From a virus, in IMG/VR virus record IMGVR_UViG_3300033405_000004, positions 32,001 through 96,000 of that record: a stretch of 64,000 bases of DNA. One strand, given 5' to 3'. The notes beneath the pieces were generated by a model. The model was not told where the DNA came from and made no database searches. It saw nothing but the letters and a program-made list of their open reading frames with translations. Shown one piece after another: positions 18,561 to 27,183 of the stretch. The translations under genes and the position numbers were made by a program. How positions within the stretch are numbered: position 1 is the stretch's first letter; each line of letters starts with the position of its first letter.

Positions 18561-18985
18561 GTGGAAAGGTCCGCGACCAGCTCCCGCGCCGCCGCCGCCA
18601 GCGCCGCCTCCAGCGGGTCCGGGGCCGGCTCGGCGGCGAAGCTGTCGGCCTCCAGGGCCTCGGCCACCCGGTTGAACTCCTCGATCGCTTCCGGTCTCAC
18701 TAGCGGGCGCACCGCCCGGGCCAGCACCTCCGGCTCCTCGCCGCCCTCCTCGACCAGCTCCGGCCGGGTCGGGTCCCGCCAGGCGGCGATGAACTCGCCG
18801 GGCGCGCACTCGACGCGCACGTAGTCGCCCGACAGGGGCGAGTCGGCCGAGAGCTTCTGGAAGTCGGCCCGGCCCCAGTCGGCCCGCACGTCGGAGCCGC
18901 GCGCCAGGATGCTTTCGCGGCGCCCGGAGTCTTTCAGCAGGGAGTACATGGTCTCGTTGCGCAGCCTGTCCAAGGGTATCGGCAT
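18557..18985 (-). CDS. Hypothetical protein
   Basis: GTTCT motif 12 nt upstream. Confidence 0.65.
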   Translation of the reverse strand: MPIPLDRLRNETMYSLLKDSGRRESILARGSDVRADWGRADFQKLSADSPLSGDYVRVECAPGEFIAAWRDPTRPELVEEGGEEPEVLARAVRPLVRPEAIEEFNRVAEALEADSFAAEPAPDPLEAALAAAARELVADLST

Positions 18986-18989
18986 ATCG

Positions 18990-19799
18990 TTAAGAACTTC
19001 CCAGCAGGTACTTCGCTTCCCACTGTTTTTTCAGCCCGATATAGCTGGCCGTCGGCTCGCGCTTCGTGAAGTCCGCGAAGGGATCGGGGGGTGGCTCCGG
19101 CTGACGGTGCCTCTGGCGGCGGGGCGTCGTTGGGCAGGCGTTGGCCTTGAACCGCCAGATCGAGTTTTGATGTGCGGTGCTGGCGACGGGGGCCGTCAGG
19201 TCCGGGGGCTTGATCGCGGGGGGCTTGAGCTCGTAAAACACTTTTTTAGGGGTCAGCGTGATTGGGGCCGGGGCCGGTGCTTGTGCAAGCGGAGTTATCG
19301 GCGGCGGTGGACTAGGCGGGGCGGGTGGAGTGGTGGTCGGGGCGCCCTGTTTCTTCCGTTTCTCATAGTAGATGCCGCCTTTTCGCCATCTTCCGGCGTG
19401 GGCGTCGCGGTAGGCCTTGGCTCCAATTCTCCTGGTCTCGGCGTCGGCGGCCGTCGGCGCCCGCGGCGCGATCTTCCCGCTGCCGGCGGTCAGCGCGACC
19501 GGGGTTGGGGTCGGTGCTTGTTTGTGGGGTGGCGGCCTCTTCCAGCAGGGGTGTTTTTTGGCGTTGCGTACGATCTTCTTGCCTACCGCGTCCTCTGGCT
19601 TCTCCTCCGCTTTTTGGCTGGGCCGGTAAATTAGTTTCCATTTGTCCGGGTGGGCGTGGTAGTAGGCCTTGTTTTGCTCCCGTTTCTTCTTCGGGGTTTT
19701 GAACTTCTTGGGCTTCATGGCTATGGGGGGCTTGAGTTTCCCGCGATGCAGTGCGCTGTACCGCCTTACGAAAGCCTTGAGCTGTTTCGAGCCCCTCAT
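18990..19799 (-). CDS. Lys/Pro-rich basic low-complexity protein
   Basis: ATGA-coupled to the helicase stop; atypical codon usage. Confidence 0.5.
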   Translation of the reverse strand: MRGSKQLKAFVRRYSALHRGKLKPPIAMKPKKFKTPKKKREQNKAYYHAHPDKWKLIYRPSQKAEEKPEDAVGKKIVRNAKKHPCWKRPPPHKQAPTPTPVALTAGSGKIAPRAPTAADAETRRIGAKAYRDAHAGRWRKGGIYYEKRKKQGAPTTTPPAPPSPPPPITPLAQAPAPAPITLTPKKVFYELKPPAIKPPDLTAPVASTAHQNSIWRFKANACPTTPRRQRHRQPEPPPDPFADFTKREPTASYIGLKKQWEAKYLLGSS

Positions 19800-21403
19800 C
19801 GGAACTGCACCAGCGAGTCGGTGAACCACCCAGGCAGGTCGTCGTGCCACTCCCGCAGCAGCCGCTCCGCGTCGGCGTCGAGGATGTAGGTGGAGCTGTG
19901 GTCGGTCTCCGAACGGCAGGCCCGCCCGCACGCCTGGAGGATCGTCTTGACCGTCTCGGACTCGTACCAGCGCCGGTTCCGCGCCAGCTTGGCCGCCACC
20001 TGCTTGTCCCCCAGCGACGGGTACGGGCACTTGAGGATGATCTGGAACCGGGCGATGTCGTCCTTGAAGTCGAACCCCTCCGCCATGCTCGGCGAGAGCA
20101 GCACGCTGTCCGGCTTGGCCATGTGCGCCTTGAGCGCCTCGTCCCGGTCATCCGCCTTCCTCGGGTAGGTCAGCCGCCGGGCGTGCGGCGACCAGGTCAG
20201 CCACTCGTTCACCTTGTCGGCCAGCTCGTAGCTGTGGCTGTGGATCACGCCCCGCTCGCCCGCGTGCTTGGCGAGGAGCTTCGCGACCATGCGCAGCAGG
20301 GCCGGCGTCGTCGCCTCCTTGTTCGCCCGGCTCATGCTCCCCACCGTCGTCAGGTAGACCGGGCGGTGCTCGACGGGGAACGTGCTATCCAGCGACAGCC
20401 AGGCCACCGCCGCCGGGTCCAGCCCCAGGTCGCGGCAGAACGTCCGCCGGTCGCCCGGGAAGGCCGAGAGGTAGATCCGCAGCGACCCCGCCGACATCAC
20501 CAGCTGCGGGAAGAACGGCGCCGCCTCCAGCGGCCGAGCCGTCAGCTCCACCCCGTCCCGCCCGTCCTCCCGCCAGAAGATCCAGTCCTGCGCGCCCTCC
20601 AGCAGCCGCTCCACCGCCGCCTCCACCTTCTGCTGGTGCTGCGCCACCTCGTGGGCCAGCTTCGCCGCGTCGGGCAGGTCGTGGTGCGTGTCGGCCAGCG
20701 CGTTCACGATGGCCACCTTCTCCTTCACCGCCGGGATGTACGTCCGCACCAGCCAGGCCACGAACTCCGCCACCGTCTCGATGCGCTTCAGGTCGGGGGC
20801 CAGCTCGCTGTTGGCGAACTTCTCCAGCCCCTTCTCGTTCACCGTCACGTCCACGAACCGCGTGATGAGCTTCGCCAGGTTGTGGCACTCGTCGAGGCAC
20901 AGCACCCTCCGGGCGATCAGCTCGCCGACGAAGGCCCGCTCGGTGAAGAAGTAGGCGTAGTTGGTCACGCCGAGCGGCGAAGTCACGAAAACCTCCTTCG
21001 CCAGCCGGTACGCGCAGTCGCCCTCCTTGCGGTGCGGGCACTTGCGGACGGCCCCGTGCGAGCAGAGCCTGTGGATCGGGCACTCGTACTCGACCGCCGA
21101 CTTGATCAACGCGGCCCGGCCCTTCGAGGCGTCGAATCGCATCAGATCCACCGCCATCTGGTCCTGGAGCATCTTCTGGTTCACCAGCACGTAGCCGCCC
21201 GCCATGCCGCCCAGCTCCATGGCCGACGCATCCTGGCCCCAGAGCGCCGCCGCGCTGGCGATGAAGCTCTTGCCGGTGCCCGTCGGCGCCTCGATCACGA
21301 CGTCCCTGAACCCCTGCTCGTAGGCCCGGCGGATGAAGTCCAGCGACTCGGTCTGGGCGGGCCGCGGCGCGGCCGTCGGAAAATAATCGCGCGGGGTCGG
21401 CAT
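19796..21403 (-). CDS. DinG/XPD-family SF2 helicase
   Basis: APTGTGKS, LDECH, LSA, EGFDFKDD, QACGRACR; Cys cluster. Confidence 0.9.
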   Translation of the reverse strand: MPTPRDYFPTAAPRPAQTESLDFIRRAYEQGFRDVVIEAPTGTGKSFIASAAALWGQDASAMELGGMAGGYVLVNQKMLQDQMAVDLMRFDASKGRAALIKSAVEYECPIHRLCSHGAVRKCPHRKEGDCAYRLAKEVFVTSPLGVTNYAYFFTERAFVGELIARRVLCLDECHNLAKLITRFVDVTVNEKGLEKFANSELAPDLKRIETVAEFVAWLVRTYIPAVKEKVAIVNALADTHHDLPDAAKLAHEVAQHQQKVEAAVERLLEGAQDWIFWREDGRDGVELTARPLEAAPFFPQLVMSAGSLRIYLSAFPGDRRTFCRDLGLDPAAVAWLSLDSTFPVEHRPVYLTTVGSMSRANKEATTPALLRMVAKLLAKHAGERGVIHSHSYELADKVNEWLTWSPHARRLTYPRKADDRDEALKAHMAKPDSVLLSPSMAEGFDFKDDIARFQIILKCPYPSLGDKQVAAKLARNRRWYESETVKTILQACGRACRSETDHSSTYILDADAERLLREWHDDLPGWFTDSLVQFR

Positions 21404-21514
21404 TTTGTTTACAAAAGTTGTTCTTTAGAACTGCATGCTGGGGGTGTCAACGGATAGAATCATAAATCTTTTCGGGCGCGGCCCCCCGCGGCCCGGCCGC
21501 GTAGTTAGGGCAGC

Positions 21515-23740
21515 ATGAAGGACAAGTTCCTCAACTACATTTTCGGCGAGTCCCAGGAGCAGGACGCCCGCGAGGGCGACATCGAGGCCCTCCTGGAGGA
21601 GCTGAAGGCCATGGGCATCGGCGCGGCCGAGGTCAAGGCGCGCAAGCCGGCCGAGAAGGCCGTCCGGGCGCTCGGCGTCGAGGGCGGCGAGTTCGCAGTC
21701 GGGGAGGGCGACGTGTTCACCCTCACGTTCGAGGACTCCGAGGAGTTCCTCAGGGCCGCCGCCATCCTCGGCGACGTCAACAAGGTCAACGAGCTAGCCG
21801 ACGCCGGCTGGGTAGCCGTCCCCGAGGGCGACGTCGCCGGCATGACCGAGCCGGGTGACTTCCGCATCAATTTCGTGCACGTCGGCGTGGCCCAGCCCGC
21901 CGAGCGGACCCCCAAGACCGGCGAGCGGCCGGAGAAGGCCGCCGACCAGATGAACGAGCCGGGCACCGAGGATCTCACTGGCGCCAAGGGGCGCCGCCGC
22001 GGCCTGCCCAAGGGCGTCGGCAAGGACGCCGCCCAGTTCGAATCGCTGGGCGGCCTGCTGCTCCACGCCCAGGAAGCGGCGAAGGGCCCGGTGAAGATCG
22101 TGCACTGCGGCTCCTGCGAGGGCTACCACAGGATCGATTTCCGCGGCGACTGCCGCGAGGACAGCGAGCGCTTCGCCAGCCCGGAGGAGGCCGAGGAGCG
22201 CCTCGGGTGCGAGGTGGTCGAAGTCGACGAGGAGAGTCCCGAAGCGCAGGCCGGGTTCCCGCCCATCGGCGTGGGATTCTGGAAGGGCGCCGGCATCCCC
22301 AGGCGCGAGGAGGCGCGTGAGCTTTCCGTGGCGGACCAGCACCGGCTGAGGATCGCCCGCCAGACGCTCAAGATGAACGACGCGATGGCCAACGTCATGG
22401 GCGGCATGACCAAGGACGAGGCCCGCAAGGTCGTCAAGGAGCTCGCCGGCCGCGAGGCCTGCGATGACGACTCGAAGTGCGAGGAGCCCGTCGGCGAGGC
22501 CGTCCAGCCCGGCACGCTCACCGTCGAGCGGGCGCTGCAGCTTCTTTCCGCCGGCCAGTCCACCTGCCCGACCTCGGACGGCCACGACCTGGACGTCTGG
22601 GACGAGGCCCTTGAGATCTTCCAGGGCGAGCGGGCGCGCCGCCGCGGCGGCTACCAGGGCATCGCCGGGCGCCGCCAGCACGCGATGGCCTGGCGCGAGT
22701 CCGTCGAGGAGGCCAGGATCGGCAGCGGCCGCGTGGCGGCCGCCTTCGCCGCGGGCCGGCCCGCCAGCGAGGCCAACACCTCCACGGACGGCCAGGCGTT
22801 CTTCCTTCACGGCAACAAGATCGCGGAGATCCGCGACGGGCACCTCTGGGTCAGCATGGCCGGGTGGAACAGCGCCACGACGCGCGAGCGCCTGAACGCG
22901 GTGCTGGACGCCTTCGGGCTCCCGGCGCGCGTCCACTCGCAGGGCGGCGTCCGCGGCCAGCCGTTCTCCGGCAAGTCCTACATCCGCCGCACCGACACCG
23001 AGGAGGAGCCGAAGGAGCTGCCCCTGGGCATGCGGGGTGGCGGGGGCCAGTCGCGCCCGGAGCACTGGTTCGACGTGGGGCACGTGATCCAGCGCGATCC
23101 CGCCGCCCCCAATCCGGGCGCCGCCGAGGAGGCTGACCTCGGCCAGTTCCGGGCCGAGGCGTCCGCCCTCGTGGACGAGCTGCTCGGCGAGGACGAGGCC
23201 GAGCCGCGGGACGTGCAGCCCGCCACCGCCTCCGCGCACCTCTACAAGTTCGACGAGCTTTCCCCCAAGGCCAAGGAACGGGCGAAGCGGAACGCCGAGG
23301 AGGCGTTCGGCTACTCCTGGGCCGACGAGTCCATCGAGAGCCTGAAGGCCCTGGCCAAGGCCTTCGGCGGCGAGCTGAAGGACTACGAGATCGACTGGGG
23401 CGGGGGCACCCGCTCCTCGGCCGAGTTCGACATGCCCGATATGGAGCCGACGCAAATCGAGGCGACTCTCAGGGGCCTCGGCACCTACGATGAGAAGACT
23501 TTGAAGGGCCACGGCGCTTGCAAGCTCACGGGCGTCTTCTGCGACGAGAGCGCCATCGACGGCTTCCGACAGGCGTGGCACGCCGGCGAGCGCGATCTCA
23601 ACGCCCTGATGCAGGCCGCCTTCGAGACGTGGCTCAAGGACGCCCAGTCGGACTACGAGCACGAGTACTCCGACGAGGGCTTCGGCGAGACCGCGGACGC
23701 CAACGACTGGCTGTTCCTGGAAAGCGGGGAGATGCCCTGA
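21515..23740 (+). CDS. Large acidic multidomain protein (putative virion-internal polyprotein)
   Basis: Late motif upstream; mosaic of short domains separated by ..E|S/A linkers. Confidence 0.75.
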   Translation: MKDKFLNYIFGESQEQDAREGDIEALLEELKAMGIGAAEVKARKPAEKAVRALGVEGGEFAVGEGDVFTLTFEDSEEFLRAAAILGDVNKVNELADAGWVAVPEGDVAGMTEPGDFRINFVHVGVAQPAERTPKTGERPEKAADQMNEPGTEDLTGAKGRRRGLPKGVGKDAAQFESLGGLLLHAQEAAKGPVKIVHCGSCEGYHRIDFRGDCREDSERFASPEEAEERLGCEVVEVDEESPEAQAGFPPIGVGFWKGAGIPRREEARELSVADQHRLRIARQTLKMNDAMANVMGGMTKDEARKVVKELAGREACDDDSKCEEPVGEAVQPGTLTVERALQLLSAGQSTCPTSDGHDLDVWDEALEIFQGERARRRGGYQGIAGRRQHAMAWRESVEEARIGSGRVAAAFAAGRPASEANTSTDGQAFFLHGNKIAEIRDGHLWVSMAGWNSATTRERLNAVLDAFGLPARVHSQGGVRGQPFSGKSYIRRTDTEEEPKELPLGMRGGGGQSRPEHWFDVGHVIQRDPAAPNPGAAEEADLGQFRAEASALVDELLGEDEAEPRDVQPATASAHLYKFDELSPKAKERAKRNAEEAFGYSWADESIESLKALAKAFGGELKDYEIDWGGGTRSSAEFDMPDMEPTQIEATLRGLGTYDEKTLKGHGACKLTGVFCDESAIDGFRQAWHAGERDLNALMQAAFETWLKDAQSDYEHEYSDEGFGETADANDWLFLESGEMP

Positions 23741-24495
23741 TGGCCTCCAAGGTCATACGCGGGCTGCTTTCCGAGGCCAGCGTCGTGGGGTTCTACCAGA
23801 CGCTGGGCGAGATCGAGCGGCAGGCGAGGGATGGTGCGGACGCCCTTGAGAAGGGCGACGTGAACGGCGCCATGCTCTGCTTCAACGGCATCCTTGGCAT
23901 GGTTCAGGAGATGCTGGAGCCGACCCCGCGCCGCGAGCGCGTCGGCGTCGGCGAGTCCGAGGAGCTTCACAAGGCCCTTGACGGCGTCATCGCGCGGTGG
24001 AACCAGCGGCAGGAGTTCGAGGTGGCCTACTACGACGACAACACCATCGAGGGCTTCATCTGGCACGACAACTTTTACCCCGCCGCCGACGTCGCCGACC
24101 CGCTCCGCGCGGCGCAGTTCGACGTGCCCGTGCCCCTCCGGCTCAAGTGGCAGGAGATGATCGCCAAGGAGGGGGCGCATGCGCCCCCGTCGGACGCCTA
24201 CCCGCACGTCAGGACCAGGAGCGTCCCGGTTCCGCAGGCCGAGTCGCTGCTCGCCGAGATCCTCGACGTGGAGCGTGACGGGGACCCGACCCAGACCGCC
24301 TCCACCCCCGACATCGAGGTCCAGAACCACGGCTCCATCATCCTGCTCGCCCCCGTCAGCGACGCCGCCGACGAGTGGCTCCGTGAGCACGTCGGCGAGG
24401 ACGCCCAGTGGTTCGGCGGCGCGCTCGCCGTCGAGCGGCGCTACGCCTACGACATCATCTCAGGTGCCATCGAGGATGGCCTCGTCGTCAAATGA
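23740..24495 (+). CDS. Multidomain hypothetical protein (leader MASKVIRGLLSE)
   Basis: TGATG coupling; internal AESLLAEIL linker. Confidence 0.7.
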   Translation: MASKVIRGLLSEASVVGFYQTLGEIERQARDGADALEKGDVNGAMLCFNGILGMVQEMLEPTPRRERVGVGESEELHKALDGVIARWNQRQEFEVAYYDDNTIEGFIWHDNFYPAADVADPLRAAQFDVPVPLRLKWQEMIAKEGAHAPPSDAYPHVRTRSVPVPQAESLLAEILDVERDGDPTQTASTPDIEVQNHGSIILLAPVSDAADEWLREHVGEDAQWFGGALAVERRYAYDIISGAIEDGLVVK

Positions 24496-24746
24496 ACATC
24501 AAGGACTACGAAACCCTCCAGTACCTCGCCGAGGCTCGGTCGGGCGGAACGCCCTTGGAGTCCGAGGAGGACCTCAAGTGGCTGCACGACGTCCACGGCG
24601 TCGACGTGACGGGCGTGAAGATCGCCATCCTCTACGGGAACGAGGACTGGCCCGACAAGGTCGAGACCTACGCGGAGAACGACTATCGCGCCACCCCGAC
24701 GGTGTGGGTCACGCCGGAGGGCGGCGGCAAGATGGTGCGCAAATGA
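24492..24746 (+). CDS. Hypothetical protein (MNIKDYE leader)
   Basis: ATGA coupling. Confidence 0.7.
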   Translation: MNIKDYETLQYLAEARSGGTPLESEEDLKWLHDVHGVDVTGVKIAILYGNEDWPDKVETYAENDYRATPTVWVTPEGGGKMVRK

Positions 24747-25270
24747 ACATCCCCGACTACGAGTCCTTCGCCTATTTCTTCGAGGCCCCGCCCAGGCTGG
24801 ACGAGATGTACTCCGGCCAGGAGGTCGTCGCCTGGCAGGGCCGCATCGAGCGGCAGCTCATCAAGCACATCGAGGAGTACGAGGCCGCCCGCAACCCCGG
24901 GTACGCCGACAAGCTCCGCGCCTTCCTCCAGACCTGGCGCCAGCACCAGCTCACCGGCTCGCTCAACGTCGAGACCATCGACGCCCTGCTCGCCTCCTGC
25001 GAGGTGCTCGGCGTCGATCCCTGGAAGCTCCAGACCTACTTTTCCAACCTCCGCGACAACCTCCGCCAGCTCAAGGCCTCCGTCGAGCAGCTGCCGGTCG
25101 ACGCCTACAGCGCCGCCCGCGGCTCCGGCGCGCCCCCGTTCGCGGAGCCGCCCCCGCCCTCCGGCGGCGCCCCGGCCGAGGAGCAGCCCGCCGGCGGCGA
25201 GGCCCCTGCGGAGGAAACTCCCGCCGAGGGGGAACCCGCCCCCGCCGCCGCACCACCCCCAGCTGCCTGA
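24743..25270 (+). CDS. Hypothetical protein (MNIPDYE leader)
   Basis: ATGA coupling. Confidence 0.7.
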   Translation: MNIPDYESFAYFFEAPPRLDEMYSGQEVVAWQGRIERQLIKHIEEYEAARNPGYADKLRAFLQTWRQHQLTGSLNVETIDALLASCEVLGVDPWKLQTYFSNLRDNLRQLKASVEQLPVDAYSAARGSGAPPFAEPPPPSGGAPAEEQPAGGEAPAEETPAEGEPAPAAAPPPAA

Positions 25271-25275
25271 ACCCC

Positions 25276-25845
25276 ATGAACTATTCCCGCATCGCCAAGA
25301 CCATCCTCCAGAGCCAGACCAACATGGGCGCCGTGGACGCCTTCGCCATCAAGGGGGCGGTCACCCAGGAGGAGTACTCCGAGGCCCTCGCCCGCGGCTG
25401 GATCGAGGCGCGCGAGGACGGCTGCGTCGGGCTGCCGAGCAGGGCCTCTTGCCTGGACGAGCTGCGCGCCGCCGCGGCCTCTGAGGGTTTCAAGCCCGCC
25501 GAGGTCGACCACGCTCTCGACGTGGACACCTTTGCCTCCTACCCTCGCTTCGTGATGAGGGAGAGCCTCGCCGAGGACGTTGACCCCGGCGTGGGCGACG
25601 AGTGTGTCGTGGCCGAGGGTGGCAAGACCTACACGGCCAGCGTCGCGAGCCGCAACGCGGACGGAACATATAAGTTAAGCTTTTCGGGCGATAAGCCCAC
25701 CAAGGACTCGTTCACCCGCTCGGAGATCCGCGTGACCAAGCCGGTGGCCGTCGCGGCCACGGCGCCCGCCACGCCCCCGCCACCGGCGGCGCCCGTCGTG
25801 CCCGCCGCCTCCCCCGTCGGCCCCGGCCTCGCGGGGCGGGCGTGA
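25276..25845 (+). CDS. Hypothetical protein with possible SH3/Tudor-like C-terminal domain
   Basis: VGDECVV...YTASVASRNADGTYKLSF. Confidence 0.65.
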   Translation: MNYSRIAKTILQSQTNMGAVDAFAIKGAVTQEEYSEALARGWIEAREDGCVGLPSRASCLDELRAAAASEGFKPAEVDHALDVDTFASYPRFVMRESLAEDVDPGVGDECVVAEGGKTYTASVASRNADGTYKLSFSGDKPTKDSFTRSEIRVTKPVAVAATAPATPPPPAAPVVPAASPVGPGLAGRA

Positions 25846-25897
25846 ACCTTTTTGTTTACAACCCCGGAACGGGGGCCTAGGTGGCTCTGGTCTGCGT

Positions 25898-25974
25898 GTC
25901 CTCGTAGCTCAATCTTGGACGAGCGACGGACTCTAAATCCGGGGATGCGGGTTCGACCCCCGCCGAGGGCACCA
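25898..25974 (+). tRNA. Amber suppressor tRNA (anticodon CUA)
   Basis: Acceptor GTCCTCG/CGAGGGC + A-CCA; D arm GCTC/GAGC; anticodon arm (A)CGGA-CT CTA AA-TCCG(G), CTA at 25933-25935; T arm GCGGG-TTCGACC-CCCGC; 77 nt with encoded CCA. Confidence 0.92.
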
Positions 25975-26307
25975 TCACTTCGCGAGCATCGCCGCGTGGC
26001 TGATCGCCCGCTGCGGGCTTCTCATCCGCTGCGCCCCCACCGTGAAGACCGGGTACACGCTCCCGTCCGGCCGCTGCCGGAACTCCGTCTCGATGCCGAG
26101 CTGGGCCAGCAGGGCCTGGGCCTCGTCGCGGTAGACCCGGGCGGTTCGCGCGCTGGTCAGGCCGCCGGCCCGGTCGGCCGTCGCCGCCAGGTCGAGCAGG
26201 CGCTCCGCCCGGTGCGACTCGTCGGGCGCCGCCCGCCGGAGCCAGTCCTTCCATTGGACTTCGAAGTCGTCCTCGAACAACCTCTCCAGGATCTGGCGTG
26301 CCCTCAT
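25975..26307 (-). CDS. Putative capsid-internal protein (leader MRARQILE)
   Basis: TAGTTAC motif upstream; stop abuts the tRNA 3' end. Confidence 0.65.
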   Translation of the reverse strand: MRARQILERLFEDDFEVQWKDWLRRAAPDESHRAERLLDLAATADRAGGLTSARTARVYRDEAQALLAQLGIETEFRQRPDGSVYPVFTVGAQRMRSPQRAISHAAMLAK

Positions 26308-26359
26308 GCCGTAACTACTATCGGTTGACTCCGGGCCGGGGATGCTGTTCTATTGGGGC

Positions 26360-26737
26360 ATGGACGAGTAGGTAGCACCCGGGGACGGTTACCGCCTGTA
26401 CGCGGTCGTGCGCGAGGACCTCGCGATGCCGCCGGGCAAGCTCGCCAGCCAGGTCGGCCACGCCTACCTTGAGGCGTTCCTGCGCGCCGGCCCCGAGCGC
26501 CAGTCCGCCTACCGGGCGGGCGGCATGGGCGTCAAGGTCTGCCTGGGCGCCCCGGGCCTGAACGCCCTCGGGCGCCTCTACGACCGCGCCCTCGCGCTCG
26601 GCCTCCCCTGCTACCTCGTCGAGGACTCTGGCCGGAACACCACGTTCGGCGGCGTCCCCACCGTGTCCGCGCTCGGCGTCGGCCCGCTCACCGCGGGCGA
26701 GGCCGCGTTCCTGCGGCGCCTGCCCCTTCTCCCATGA
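26360..26737 (+). CDS. pth2: Peptidyl-tRNA hydrolase Pth2 with in-frame UAG at codon 4
   Basis: YAVVREDL.MPPGKLASQVGHA...KVCL...VEDSG.....PTVSALGVGP...L.LL. ATG GAC GAG TAG then the frame stays open. Confidence 0.85.
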
Positions 26738-27183
26738 ACACCACCGACACAGCCCAACCCGGGGCGGACACGCCCCTTTCGTTCCACCCGCAGCACGCCC
26801 CGATCGACCTCGCGTTCGCGGCCAGCGTCCCGGCCTACCGGGATTTTGTTTACGAATGGCGGGCGCTCTACCGCTGGCTCAGCGCCACGATCCGCCACGA
26901 CAAGCTGGTGTCGCGCGCCGCCGAGTCGGAGCGGGCCAAGCCCAAGCTCAACGTCAAGCCCGGCCTGCTGCGGGCCCTGGCCGGGAAGTGCAAGCCCGCC
27001 GGCCCGCCGCCCGCGGCCTACGCCGCCACCTGGAGGCTGCCCCATTGGCAGATCCGGTGGAGCGTCAACGACCGCGACCGCTACGGCGACCGGGCGTACG
27101 CCAACTACCTGCTGGCCCTGCGGGCGGACGCGAAGCGCGCGTTCAAGGCGCGTGACGCAGTTCTTACCCCGCATGAGGTTTAA
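26734..27183 (+). CDS. Hypothetical protein
   Basis: ATGA overlap with pth2. Confidence 0.6.
   Translation: MNTTDTAQPGADTPLSFHPQHAPIDLAFAASVPAYRDFVYEWRALYRWLSATIRHDKLVSRAAESERAKPKLNVKPGLLRALAGKCKPAGPPPAAYAATWRLPHWQIRWSVNDRDRYGDRAYANYLLALRADAKRAFKARDAVLTPHEV

Noticed and set aside
25898-25974. tRNA-Pyl (anticodon arm GGACTCTAAATCCG resembles pylT)
   Set aside because: Canonical D-loop GG, TTCGA T-loop, 2-nt acceptor/D spacer and A73 are unlike tRNA-Pyl; no pyl genes in the window.
26408-26737. Pth2 starting at GTG 26408 as in the ORF track
   Set aside because: It loses the conserved first beta-strand, has no suitably spaced SD, and the promoter motif points to ATG 26360.
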